DNA of 64,000 bases from assembly GCA_021778295.1 (NCBI GenBank), contig JAJYCP010000001.1, positions 2,390-66,389 of the forward strand, read 5' to 3'. The DNA comes from a bacterium (GTDB lineage Bacteria; Patescibacteriota; Minisyncoccia; Phycocordibacterales; Phycocordibacteraceae). Made by a program: the position numbers and the translations under genes. The stretch's first letter is position 1; the number at the start of each line of letters is the position of its first letter. The notes beneath the pieces were generated by a model. The model worked only from the letters and a program-made list of their open reading frames with translations. It was not told where the DNA came from and searched no databases. Positions 36,753-45,646 of this stretch are shown here, in pieces.

Positions 36753-37289
36753 TCAGATACCGGTTGAAGAGGGCGGGGTCGAAACGTATTTGAGAATGAG
36801 GTCGCGCATCTGTTCAGGCTTCGGGATGCCGTGCATGTGGAACTTGTCGACGGCACCGGCGCTCTGCACATTGATATCGCCGATATTGAGGAGCGAGGGG
36901 AGCACACCCCGTACGTCGGTGGTCACGTCCTGGACGCGATTAAGCAATACGCTCGAGACTTCACGGGAGAAATATCCGCGCTGTTTGATGTCTACGATGC
37001 GTTCGTTGGTGAGCACCCACGCGTTTAGGAAGTAGCGGGTAAAAGCGCTCCATGCGCCTGTCCACGAGACCAAGAGCCAGACGCCGAGTGCCGCACGCAT
37101 AAGAGGTATCTGTACGGTAAAAAATGCCGCATACTGCGCCAAAGGCGGCGCGAGCCGCAGGAAACCCGGGAGCGCAAAGGGAATAACCGCAAGCAGCGCA
37201 AACGGCAACAGTTCGGCAAGGAAGAGAAACCAATGCTTGCGCGCCTGCTTCACGACGTGTTCGCCCGGCTCGAGTTCAAATTCTTTCAT
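36753..37289 (-). CDS. Membrane protein with bacterial PH domain
   Basis: RKHW, two TM, LTNERIVD, VQDVT, GDINVQSAG. Confidence 0.75.
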   Translation of the reverse strand: MKEFELEPGEHVVKQARKHWFLFLAELLPFALLAVIPFALPGFLRLAPPLAQYAAFFTVQIPLMRAALGVWLLVSWTGAWSAFTRYFLNAWVLTNERIVDIKQRGYFSREVSSVLLNRVQDVTTDVRGVLPSLLNIGDINVQSAGAVDKFHMHGIPKPEQMRDLILKYVSTPPSSTGI

Positions 37290-37546
37290 AGTAGTAGAGA
37301 GCCGGAAAGCGCATATGCTATGAGCGCGAATGAAACAAAGAGATGCAGAGCGATCGCGGGGAAAGCGACCCATGATGCGTGAGAGTATTTGAGCCAGTGA
37401 TAGATGGCAACGAGCGTATAGAGCGTCCAGAAAACGAAGATAGCGTAAAGAAACCACTCGACTAGCACGCCTTGCGAAAGTAGCGTGGGAAAGTGCGTGA
37501 GCAGGATTTTGGGTGGCGAAAACGGCTGGAGCGGCTGGCTCGGCAT
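37286..37546 (-). CDS. Small membrane protein
   Basis: Two TM, YHWLKY motif, 4-bp overlap with the next gene. Confidence 0.65.
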   Translation of the reverse strand: MPSQPLQPFSPPKILLTHFPTLLSQGVLVEWFLYAIFVFWTLYTLVAIYHWLKYSHASWVAFPAIALHLFVSFALIAYALSGSLLL

Positions 37547-37602
37547 CAGGGAAATGATACTACGAGGGCGAAGTGAGGCCAATACTGTTTGTGGAACAAC
37601 AG

Positions 37603-38511
37603 TCAGTATTGGGCCGAACGAACCCTCGCGTGCCTGCATACGAGGACGCGCGGAGCACCGTACTGATCGGTGCGTATCTCGACGGTGAATCCTCGTTTCA
37701 AGAACAATTCCTCGGCCGCTCCTATCGAGGGACTGTCGCACTCAATCCATGCCACGCCGCTTCGCTCGAGCCGTGCGGGCAGTTCGTCCGCGATACGGCG
37801 GATGAGCGAGAGACCGTCGGGGCCCGCGCGCAGCGCGGATTCCGGTTCCCATAGAGCAACGCTTTCCGGGAGCATGCGGTTCTCCGGGATGTAGGGCGGA
37901 TTCGCGGCTATGACGTCGAAGCGCATGCCGGCGGGGAAAGGCGTGAAAAGGTCACCGATGCGGATATCCGCACGTCCGGCATCGAGACTATTTTCGCGTA
38001 TGTTTTTCCTGATGGTCGTCTCGTGCGCAGGATCACGTTCTCCAAAATACACTTGCGCGTCCGGCAATCGCGCGAGTGCCGCACAACCGATGGCGCCCGA
38101 GCCCGCGCAGAGGTCCAAGAAAGTTGATGGTCGCACAGGCGAGCCCGCCTTCGGAATTGCATATTTTTCTGCTGAAAAATTGCTCTTATTCGCGCCGTTA
38201 CCACAAGAGTACTTCAAGTTTTCTAATTCGCTTCGCTCATAAGAAACTTTGGTCGCGCGCTCCGTACGTTCCTCAGGCGGGTTCGCCTGTGCGACACAAA
38301 TGGAAGAAAGAAGTTGCTCTGTCCACCACTCGGTCTCGGGGCGGGGGATGAGCGGGCGAGAGTCGAGGAATATCTTCAAGCCGAGAAACGGCTGCCAGCC
38401 GATGACGTATGCGACCGGCTCGCCCTTGGCGAGCCGGCGCCCATCCGCGTCAAATTCCCCGCTTCTTTTCCCGTTGTATTTTTCTTTGAGAAGCCGCTCC
38501 TCGTCCGTCAT
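37603..38511 (-). CDS. prmC: Release factor glutamine methyltransferase PrmC/HemK with in-frame insertion
   Basis: GEPVAYV, LIPRPETE, LDLCAGSG, NPPY, EP..AL..G.DGL. Confidence 0.9.
   Translation of the reverse strand: MTDEERLLKEKYNGKRSGEFDADGRRLAKGEPVAYVIGWQPFLGLKIFLDSRPLIPRPETEWWTEQLLSSICVAQANPPEERTERATKVSYERSELENLKYSCGNGANKSNFSAEKYAIPKAGSPVRPSTFLDLCAGSGAIGCAALARLPDAQVYFGERDPAHETTIRKNIRENSLDAGRADIRIGDLFTPFPAGMRFDVIAANPPYIPENRMLPESVALWEPESALRAGPDGLSLIRRIADELPARLERSGVAWIECDSPSIGAAEELFLKRGFTVEIRTDQYGAPRVLVCRHARVRSAQY
38130..38295. mobile_element. 166-bp palindromic (MITE/RPE-like) element inside prmC
   Basis: 21-bp terminal inverted repeats (20/21 match), internal hairpins, 17-bp identity with 19679-19695. 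Confidence 0.75.
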
Positions 38512-38535
38512 TGGACAATGATGACATACAGGAAT

Positions 38536-38567
38536 AGAAAAAGCCCCCGCACGATGTGTGCGGGGGC
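38536..38567 (-). terminator. Intrinsic terminator closing the hfa/amyloid-like operon
   Basis: GCCCCCGCAC stem (10 bp) followed on the minus strand by TTTTTCT. Confidence 0.8.
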
Positions 38568-38595
38568 CGTGAGCAATCCAAGCTCAGATGAAAGA

Positions 38596-39099
38596 TCAGT
38601 GGATGTTGATCGAGACGACAGCATTGGCGGCCGTCGCGGCCGCGTTTGCGGTCGTGAAGCTGGTCGCCGTGGCCGAAACGTCCTGCGAGACATTGTTGGT
38701 GAACTCACCAACATTGATCGCCGGACTGGCCGGACTGGCCGTCAGGGAAGCCACGGCGTTTGCCGCCGTCGCCGTTGCGCTGCTGTAGCCGTCACTGTTG
38801 GTGATCGCGTTCGCGTCCTGGTCGATGTTTCCGGTCACGATGCCGACGTTCATGCCGACATGCTGATCGACCGTATCGGTGACGCTGACGATGCCGTTCG
38901 CCGCAGTAGCGTTTGCGATCACACCGTCGTTGGCGAAGGCGGAAGCAAACGCGTTCTGGTTGACCCCGTTGGTGAGCACGCCGACGTTGATGTTGATGGG
39001 CGCCGGATGGTGGTCGTGGTCGCCGGCGAAAGCCGGAACCGAAGCGAAGGCCATCGTGGTGAGTGCAACGAGCAGCAGGCTCATTTTGCTGGTTTTCAT
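38596..39099 (-). CDS. Secreted three-repeat Asn/Ala/Thr/Val-rich protein, amyloid/HfaD-like
   Basis: GAGGAG SD; signal peptide (AFA); three ~44-aa repeats NVG..T...Q....ATAAN..S. Confidence 0.75.
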   Translation of the reverse strand: MKTSKMSLLLVALTTMAFASVPAFAGDHDHHPAPININVGVLTNGVNQNAFASAFANDGVIANATAANGIVSVTDTVDQHVGMNVGIVTGNIDQDANAITNSDGYSSATATAANAVASLTASPASPAINVGEFTNNVSQDVSATATSFTTANAAATAANAVVSINIH

Positions 39100-39237
39100 A
39101 ACGACTCCTCAGTGTTTCCCTCCGGGAGGATTCCCGGAGGGGGGTGTTGCAAGGTACTACACTTACGCGTGGAACGCACAAGCTTTTCCAGATTAGCACA
39201 GCTCTTGCGAGCCGTCAAACATGGCTTCGTGTTGCAG

Positions 39238-40113
39238 TTACTTCCTCTTCGATGCGGAGGTAGTGCCCGTATCCTCGAGCAGTTCCCGGCACTCATGGAT
39301 CCTCGCCATCGTCGCGTGCGGGTGAGGGATTTTCCCCTCACTCACAAGCGTTTGAAGCAACGTCGTGACCAGATCCACGGCAGCATAATCGGTCATGAAT
39401 CCGACCGTATACTGCATCGGTTCGCGTTCTCCTTTGTCGAGACTGAATGAAGCAAACCGTGCGCCGGTACCACCACCAACGAATTCGTACGCACCGCCGC
39501 CATTCTCGACTGCAGTGAACTCCTTCGAGACCTTGGTTGTGGCAACCATATAGCCGCCGGCCGCGGTGCCGAAGGGAAACGTCGAGAGGGAGAAATCTCC
39601 CCGCCCGACCGCCTGATAGGTACGAGAATCGTACCCAACACCTGCGATATGGAACGACGCTGCTTTCCCGGGCAAAAAGTCGAGGGACGATATTGTTCCT
39701 TCCACCAGATATTCCGGGACAAACAGTTTCGCTCCTTTCAGGAGCCCCTTCTGGGCGTACCAGTCCACCAGCTGGTGATACGTATTGCTCATGTCCACGA
39801 GCTTGACGCCCGTGTCCGCGAGAGACGACTCCATCATCTTGGTGGCGACAATCGGCAAGAACGAGCCGTTGCCGTTTCCGACGACGCTCATACGACCGGT
39901 CACATCTCGGACATCCCCGACGCCGACATTGATAGCCGCCGTTTCGGGGATTTCCTTGACGCATGCTTTCGCGGCGTCATAGGGACCGGTCACGTTCCGT
40001 ATCGCGGGTCCTTGGACCAGCGGCACGCCTTCACGAAGATTTCCGGTGCTTGCGCACGCGCCAAGCGACAGCGTGGTAAGCACCACAAGCACGGTTAAGA
40101 GGGCCTTATGCAT
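39238..40113 (-). CDS. CsgG/HfaB-family lipoprotein
   Basis: Lipobox LGAC; PYDAAKAC, VGVGDVRDVTGR, MMESSL..TGVKLVD, YLVEGTISSLD, EPMQYTV recall HfaB/CsgG blocks. Confidence 0.75.
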   Translation of the reverse strand: MHKALLTVLVVLTTLSLGACASTGNLREGVPLVQGPAIRNVTGPYDAAKACVKEIPETAAINVGVGDVRDVTGRMSVVGNGNGSFLPIVATKMMESSLADTGVKLVDMSNTYHQLVDWYAQKGLLKGAKLFVPEYLVEGTISSLDFLPGKAASFHIAGVGYDSRTYQAVGRGDFSLSTFPFGTAAGGYMVATTKVSKEFTAVENGGGAYEFVGGGTGARFASFSLDKGEREPMQYTVGFMTDYAAVDLVTTLLQTLVSEGKIPHPHATMARIHECRELLEDTGTTSASKRK

Positions 40114-40114
40114 G

Positions 40115-40561
40115 TCAGTGCCCCCCGCCGATCGTAACGGTGTTGATGGAGCCACCGGGCGTGACAAGCGACGCTGCCGTCGAGGTCTGGTTCGTGCCGG
40201 TCGTGGTAACGCCGGTCGTGACCACATTCCCGTTCCCGGTTACCGTTGTTGCGGTGTATCCGTTGACGGAAACCGTCGAACCGCCCGTCTGGCACCCTCC
40301 CGCGACGGTGCAATTCGTCGTGGTGTAGTTCGTACTACGATCGGTATACGTGATCATAGCCGAACTATAGGGACCGATGCGATGCCGCATGACATACCCC
40401 GTCAGTGCATTGTTGTATGCCGCGGTTGCATTGGTGATCGTTACGGAATCCCCCCACGACGACGACGCGCTTTGCGAAGCCGCAGACGCGGGAGGGGCGA
40501 GACATGTGGAAATGAGAATGCACAGCATCCCCAAAACCAGAACACGCACGTTGAGTTTCAT
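40115..40561 (-). CDS. Secreted Thr/Gly/Asn-rich protein, HfaA-like
   Basis: Signal peptide (ASA); C-terminal TVTGNGNVVTT...TNQTSTA; stop 1 nt before the csgG-like start. Confidence 0.6.
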   Translation of the reverse strand: MKLNVRVLVLGMLCILISTCLAPPASAASQSASSSWGDSVTITNATAAYNNALTGYVMRHRIGPYSSAMITYTDRSTNYTTTNCTVAGGCQTGGSTVSVNGYTATTVTGNGNVVTTGVTTTGTNQTSTAASLVTPGGSINTVTIGGGH

Positions 40562-40650
40562 GGTAGACCACCCTTTTGTTGAGGTTGTGTTGCTGAAAGG
40601 TACCGCAAACTTGCCACCCGCCGTAAACGGCGAGTGGCAAATCCGGACGG

Positions 40651-40680
40651 ATAGTAACACGGCATAGGGACGCGTGTCAA
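40651..40680 (-). promoter_or_regulatory. Sigma-70 promoter TTGACA-N18-TACTAT for the hfa-like operon
   Basis: Consensus -35, extended -10; leader hairpin at 40611-40640. Confidence 0.65.
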
Positions 40681-40702
40681 TAAGTCGACATAGGCACGAT
40701 CC

Positions 40703-40744
40703 AATACGAAAACACCCGCGCTTTCGCGCGGGTGTTTTCGTATT
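40703..40744. terminator. 19-bp perfect hairpin terminator after the RRM gene
   Basis: AATACGAAAACACCCGCGC-tttc-GCGCGGGTGTTTTCGTATT. Confidence 0.8.
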
Positions 40745-40758
40745 CGGGCGATGGAAAA

Positions 40759-41130
40759 TCAATATCCGCCGCGACCGTAACCGCCATTGCCGCCGCCGTA
40801 TCCGCCGCGCTCCCCGCCGCCAAAACCGCCTTCGCGGCGCGGTGGGCGATCACCTTGCGGACGCGCGAAAGAGACCGAGAGCGTACGCCCGTCCATCTCC
40901 TTGCCGTCCCAACGGTCGATAGCCGCCTGCGCTTCCGCTTCGGAAGCCATCTCAACGAAGCCGAAGCCGCGCGAACGGCCGGTCATGCGATCGCTAATGA
41001 TGCTTGCGGAAACGACATTACCAGCCTCGCCAAAGGCCTTCTTCAGATCATCTTCCGTTGAGCGATAGGGGATGCCGCCTACGTAAAGCTTGTTCCCTTG
41101 TACTGACGCTCCTGACTGTGGATTATCCAT
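40759..41130 (-). CDS. RRM (RNP-1) RNA-binding protein with Gly-rich tail
   Basis: KLYVGGI (RNP2), RGFGFVEM (RNP1). Confidence 0.93.
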   Translation of the reverse strand: MDNPQSGASVQGNKLYVGGIPYRSTEDDLKKAFGEAGNVVSASIISDRMTGRSRGFGFVEMASEAEAQAAIDRWDGKEMDGRTLSVSFARPQGDRPPRREGGFGGGERGGYGGGNGGYGRGGY

Positions 41131-41355
41131 GAAATACAACTAACCGAGTAATCTCGCCGAAACTGAACACTTTGCTTGCTCTTGCGGAGGGCGAAGCTCG
41201 AATACTCTGCGAGTGAAAAAAGTATGCCAGAAATGCTCGCAAAAAACAAGTGAGACGGGGGATAACCTAGCGCGTACCCGCAAGAAATGCGGGGAAAAAG
41301 AGTCCTATCATGCCAAGCGCCAAAAGCGCGACGATGATGATGGCGAATGCACGTT

Positions 41356-41763
41356 TCATCCCCCTATCGTAGCAGGAGCGGTTGTACGCCGCAATTGGAT
41401 CGAATGTGCCGAGAGAGATCCGTCGCTGTTGGTCGTGCCGGTCACTATGACCGTCGAGCCGACAGTGACGTCGGTCAGCGAGCCTGCAACGCTCTTAAAC
41501 ACGCTCGTGGCGGGCGTGAAAAGGACGACATGGGAATTGCCGTCGCGCGTGTCGACCGTGATGCTCTCGCTGTCTTTCCTTGCAACGATACCCGTAAGGA
41601 ATCCGCCACCCGCACTCTGATTTCTGCCTCGTCGATCTCGTATGCCGCTACCGCCTACCGTTCCGTTTGAATGTGTCGGCGCGAGTATATGAGCGCCGGC
41701 GTACCCGCCGCCAAGTCCGAGAATAAGCGCGCCAACGGCCGTCAAGACGATATGTTTTTTCAT
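41356..41763 (-). CDS. Membrane-anchored OB-fold-like hypothetical protein associated with the ABC operon
   Basis: N-terminal TM; VGSTVIVTG..NSDGSLSAHSIQL. Confidence 0.7.
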   Translation of the reverse strand: MKKHIVLTAVGALILGLGGGYAGAHILAPTHSNGTVGGSGIRDRRGRNQSAGGGFLTGIVARKDSESITVDTRDGNSHVVLFTPATSVFKSVAGSLTDVTVGSTVIVTGTTNSDGSLSAHSIQLRRTTAPATIGG

Positions 41764-41816
41764 GAAGTTCATGAAGATTGTGTTATCAGCTTTTCATACG
41801 CATCAATCCGATGGAA

Positions 41817-43052
41817 TCATTCATAGCGAAGCGCGTCGATCGGATTGAGGTTTGCAGCCCGCTGCGCCGGATACCAGCCGAAAATGATGCCGATTGCCGC
41901 CGAGACGCCGAAAGCGAGCAGGATAGAAGAGAACGTCACCTGGGCGGTTATGAGACCGGAGAGCGTTACCGCGAAAGATGCTCCCCAGCCGAGCAATACG
42001 CCGATGCCGCCACCGAGGAACGTGAGAGCGATCGCTTCGGCGAGGAATTGCACATTGATATCCTGCCGGGTCGCGCCAATAGCTTTTCGGAGGCCTATCT
42101 CGCGCATACGTTCGGTGACGCTCGTGAGCATCATGTTCATAATGCCGATACCGCCAACGACAAGCGAGATACCGGCAACAGCCGCAAGAAGGATGGTGAA
42201 AGTCGAGGTGATATTCGATGCCGCGGAAACGATTGCCTCCTGATTCAGGATGCTGAAATCGGCTTGGGTCGGATCGCTGATGTTATGGCGGACGAGGAGC
42301 AGGGAGGTCACGTCATTTTGAATCTGTGTCATTACCGTTTGGCTTGCCGCCTGTATATCGATGGCCGAGAGATAGTGGTTGCCGTTGCCGGCAAAGTATT
42401 GGAGCGCGGTGCCGAGCGGTACGTACACCATGTCGTCCTGATTGCTCGGACCGGAACCTCCTTTCGTTTTCGTGACACCGACAACCGTGAAGAGAAGATT
42501 GTTGATACGGATGTTCTGCCCCAACGCATCGTTCGCGGTAGCGTTTGTGCCGAAAAGATCGGTCACCACCGTGGGGCCCACAACGGCAACGCGCATGAGC
42601 CCCGCCGACTGGCTGTCGGTTATGAACGAACCTTGATCCATAGTGAGGTTGCGGATCAATTCATAGCTCGCATTCACCCCGTCTACCGTAGTGTTCGTAT
42701 TCGCGAGCGCGGCGGCGATTTGATAGCGTCCGGAATATTCCCCGGAAACGGCGGCGACATTTGCGACGTGAGAAATAGCATTCTCATCCGCAAGGGTGAG
42801 CGACCGTGCCGTGCCGCGTCCGCCGGAAGCGCCGAAACCGATTTCGCGCGCCGCGCCCGGCAGTACGACAAGAAGATTCGATCCGATGGATTCGATGGAT
42901 GCCTGAACGGAATTCTGAGCCCCCTGGCCGATAGCGACAAGCGCGATGACGGATGCGATACCGATGACGATACCGAGCACGGTAAGTACGGAACGTACTT
43001 TGTTCGCCGAGAGCGCGGTGACGGTCTCTCCTATGAGGTCGCGCGTGGTCAT
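41817..43052 (-). CDS. MacB/FtsX-like ABC permease
   Basis: RSVLTVLGIVIG, VGGIGIMNMML.SVTER.REIGLRKAIGA, PIDALRYE. Confidence 0.93.
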   Translation of the reverse strand: MTTRDLIGETVTALSANKVRSVLTVLGIVIGIASVIALVAIGQGAQNSVQASIESIGSNLLVVLPGAAREIGFGASGGRGTARSLTLADENAISHVANVAAVSGEYSGRYQIAAALANTNTTVDGVNASYELIRNLTMDQGSFITDSQSAGLMRVAVVGPTVVTDLFGTNATANDALGQNIRINNLLFTVVGVTKTKGGSGPSNQDDMVYVPLGTALQYFAGNGNHYLSAIDIQAASQTVMTQIQNDVTSLLLVRHNISDPTQADFSILNQEAIVSAASNITSTFTILLAAVAGISLVVGGIGIMNMMLTSVTERMREIGLRKAIGATRQDINVQFLAEAIALTFLGGGIGVLLGWGASFAVTLSGLITAQVTFSSILLAFGVSAAIGIIFGWYPAQRAANLNPIDALRYE

Positions 43053-43771
43053 GCGTAGAGTGCGGCTTCCCGTGCCGCGTCACGCGGGGAGGCGTTTTTT
43101 TCATCGGAGATGATGGTGCCGTCCTTGAGCCGGATGATGCGCGCGGCATGCTCGGCGATATCCGGTTCATGCGTGATGAGGATAATCGTACGGCCGTATT
43201 CACGATTGAGCTGTTGTAATGTACCGAGCACGATCAGGCTTGTCTTGCTGTCAAGATTTCCGGTCGGTTCGTCCGCGAGAATGAGAGCCGGATCGTTCAC
43301 GAGCGCGCGGGCAATCGCGACACGCTGTATTTGGCCGCCCGAAATCTGATTCGAGAGATGCCCAAAGTACTCTTCGGTAAGTCCTGCGGATAGGAGCGCT
43401 TGCGCCGCCCGATCGGCGCGCTCGTGCACCGGCACGCGCGCGTACACGAGCGGAAGCATGACGTTCCGAAGTACGGTCGTGCGGGGCAGCAGATTGAAAG
43501 CCTGGAAAACGAATCCGATATTATCTCCGCGGATTTGAGCGAGTTCATTATCAGTCATTGCAGAAACATCTTTCCCGTTGAGGTGATACGTGCCGGTGGT
43601 CGGCGTGTCCAGACAGCCGAGAATATGCATAAGCGTTGATTTTCCGGAACCCGACGGACCCATGATGGCGACAAACTCTCCCTCCTTGATGGAAAAAGAA
43701 ATGGCGTGGAGCGCCGTATAAATCTCAGCGCCCAAACCGTATGTTTTCGTGATGTTCTCAAGCTCGATCAT
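43049..43771 (-). CDS. ABC transporter ATP-binding protein (MacB/LolD type)
   Basis: [25 protein letters not shown]. Confidence 0.95.
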   Translation of the reverse strand: MIELENITKTYGLGAEIYTALHAISFSIKEGEFVAIMGPSGSGKSTLMHILGCLDTPTTGTYHLNGKDVSAMTDNELAQIRGDNIGFVFQAFNLLPRTTVLRNVMLPLVYARVPVHERADRAAQALLSAGLTEEYFGHLSNQISGGQIQRVAIARALVNDPALILADEPTGNLDSKTSLIVLGTLQQLNREYGRTIILITHEPDIAEHAARIIRLKDGTIISDEKNASPRDAAREAALYA

Positions 43772-43779
43772 CGGGAAAG

Positions 43780-45570
43780 TTAGTGCCGGAGCGCGCGAAT
43801 TGCGCCGACACCCGGGCGTCCGGCGCCAAAGAACGACGTACTCTGTGCGGCGCCCGTAGGCGCTACGGCGCCCGTGCCGGCGAGAGTTTCCACAACTACT
43901 TGGGTTCCCACCGCCAGACCCTTTTGAATGATGCTATGCGCAGTGTCGGAAAGACCGACGGTGACCGGTACATCTGTCGGGGCAACAGGGGAAGGTGCGC
44001 CCGCCGCATTTTCGCTTCCCGGCAGCGGAGGATTGAATACTTCTACATAACTCGTTCCACCGGTGCTCTGCACCGCGGCGACCGGCACGACAAGGCCGGT
44101 TGTAACGTCCGTCACGATATTGACCGTTGCGCTCATGCCGGGGAGCACTCTCGGATTCGGCGTGTCAAAGGTCACTGTGGCATTGTACGAGACGACGCCT
44201 TGCGAAACCGTGCCGATGGTGTTGAGGGAAGAAACCGTACCGCCGATGGAAACATTCGGCAGCGCATCAAACGTGATTGTCGCTTTTTGCCCAACTTTCA
44301 ATTTTGCCGCATCCACTTCATTGACCGAAATAATAACGTTCTGATTATCACTCACCATTGTTGCCACCGTTTCGTTATTAGTAATGTTCTGATACTGCTG
44401 GATAGTAAGCGCTGCGACCGTGCCGGCGAAAGGTGCGCGTACAACGGTGTTCGCGAGCGCAAGTTCAGCCTGCGCAAGAGCATCCTGCTTCTCTTGTATC
44501 GCGAGCTGGTCCGCCTGGATATCAAGCGGATTTGCACCTGCTTGAAGCTGCGCGAGCGATGCTTGCGCGCTTGTGAGCGCGAGCCCGTCACTCGTTACAT
44601 TCGTCGTGTCAGCGGAAAGTGCCGCCACGTTCGCATTTGTCGTATTCGTGTACGCGGTGAGAGAGGCTATTTGGTTGGTAAGGATCGGCGGGATGGAGAA
44701 TGCGTGATCGGTAAGCGTCGTGTCTACAAAATTCAGGAAGTTTGTTGACGCTTTTAATGCATCGGAGAGATCGGCGGCAGCCTGGTACGTTTGCTGCACC
44801 AGGGAGGCGATCTGCACGGCGCTTGCGGAGCGCGGTGTTGCTTCAAAGGCGGCGAGCGCGGCAGTATAAGAATTTTGCGCCGTAATGAATGAACTTTCTG
44901 CTGCGGTGCTGTACTGCACAACTGTCGCATCGTAGGGCTGAACAATATCGTTGTACGCATTTTCATTTTGTTGGCTCGTCCGGCCGGGGACCAAGTATCC
45001 GTGCAGAATGGTATCGAGCCCGTTGAGCACGCCCGGGAGGTCGAGAAAAGCGCTCGAGACATCGTTGTAGCCTGCGGTACGCGCCGCAGTGAGATTCGCC
45101 TGCGTATTCGCGACGGAATTTTGTGCGCTCGTAAGCGTTGATGTAGCAACGGGTTCCGTAAGTTGTGCGAGTGCTATGCGCGCACCTTGGAGCGCCTGTT
45201 CGGCGCTTGTTACGTTCTCCTGCGCGGTCACCGGGTCAATGTAGGCAAGCGCCGTACCCGCAACGACGTGCTGGCCGGCCGTTACCGGCACTGAAAGCAC
45301 CTCGCCGGAGGATTGCGACTGGACATTCACATTCGTACTCGCGGAAACCTGCCCGGTCTCAGCCATAGCCGCAACGACCGTGCCCGTGGCGACCGTTGTC
45401 GTAATGTAGCGGGTTGCGGCAGAAGGAGCAGTAAAGACGGCATAAAAATGGTATAGACCGAAGAGAACTACAAGCGCAGCCACAGCACTCCATATCTTAT
45501 GAAGGGCGACCTGCGCCCGAATCTTGCGCCAGGCGGCGTAAGGAACATGCATGGCGCGCGATGAGTCCAT
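43780..45570 (-). CDS. Efflux adaptor (MacA/HlyD-like) with long helical insert
   Basis: TM, lipoyl halves (VTAGQHV; VRAPFAG), VNEVD, PGMSA. Confidence 0.88.
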   Translation of the reverse strand: MDSSRAMHVPYAAWRKIRAQVALHKIWSAVAALVVLFGLYHFYAVFTAPSAATRYITTTVATGTVVAAMAETGQVSASTNVNVQSQSSGEVLSVPVTAGQHVVAGTALAYIDPVTAQENVTSAEQALQGARIALAQLTEPVATSTLTSAQNSVANTQANLTAARTAGYNDVSSAFLDLPGVLNGLDTILHGYLVPGRTSQQNENAYNDIVQPYDATVVQYSTAAESSFITAQNSYTAALAAFEATPRSASAVQIASLVQQTYQAAADLSDALKASTNFLNFVDTTLTDHAFSIPPILTNQIASLTAYTNTTNANVAALSADTTNVTSDGLALTSAQASLAQLQAGANPLDIQADQLAIQEKQDALAQAELALANTVVRAPFAGTVAALTIQQYQNITNNETVATMVSDNQNVIISVNEVDAAKLKVGQKATITFDALPNVSIGGTVSSLNTIGTVSQGVVSYNATVTFDTPNPRVLPGMSATVNIVTDVTTGLVVPVAAVQSTGGTSYVEVFNPPLPGSENAAGAPSPVAPTDVPVTVGLSDTAHSIIQKGLAVGTQVVVETLAGTGAVAPTGAAQSTSFFGAGRPGVGAIRALRH

Positions 45571-45646
45571 TTTTCGGATAGGTTACGTAAGGGTAAGAGG
45601 ATGTCTCAATCCCTAGTACGCGCCTCGGAGCGTGTTTATTCCGGCA

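Noticed and set aside
38130..38295. Intein or group I/II intron in prmC
   Set aside because: Far too short, with no intein terminal HN-C/S/T motif and no catalytic intron core
38314..39450. 378-aa plus-strand ORF
   Set aside because: Overlaps three better-supported minus-strand genes with signal peptides, SD sites or clear motifs
41778..44748. Long plus-strand ORFs (426 and 321 aa)
   Set aside because: Antisense to the clear ABC permease and adaptor genes
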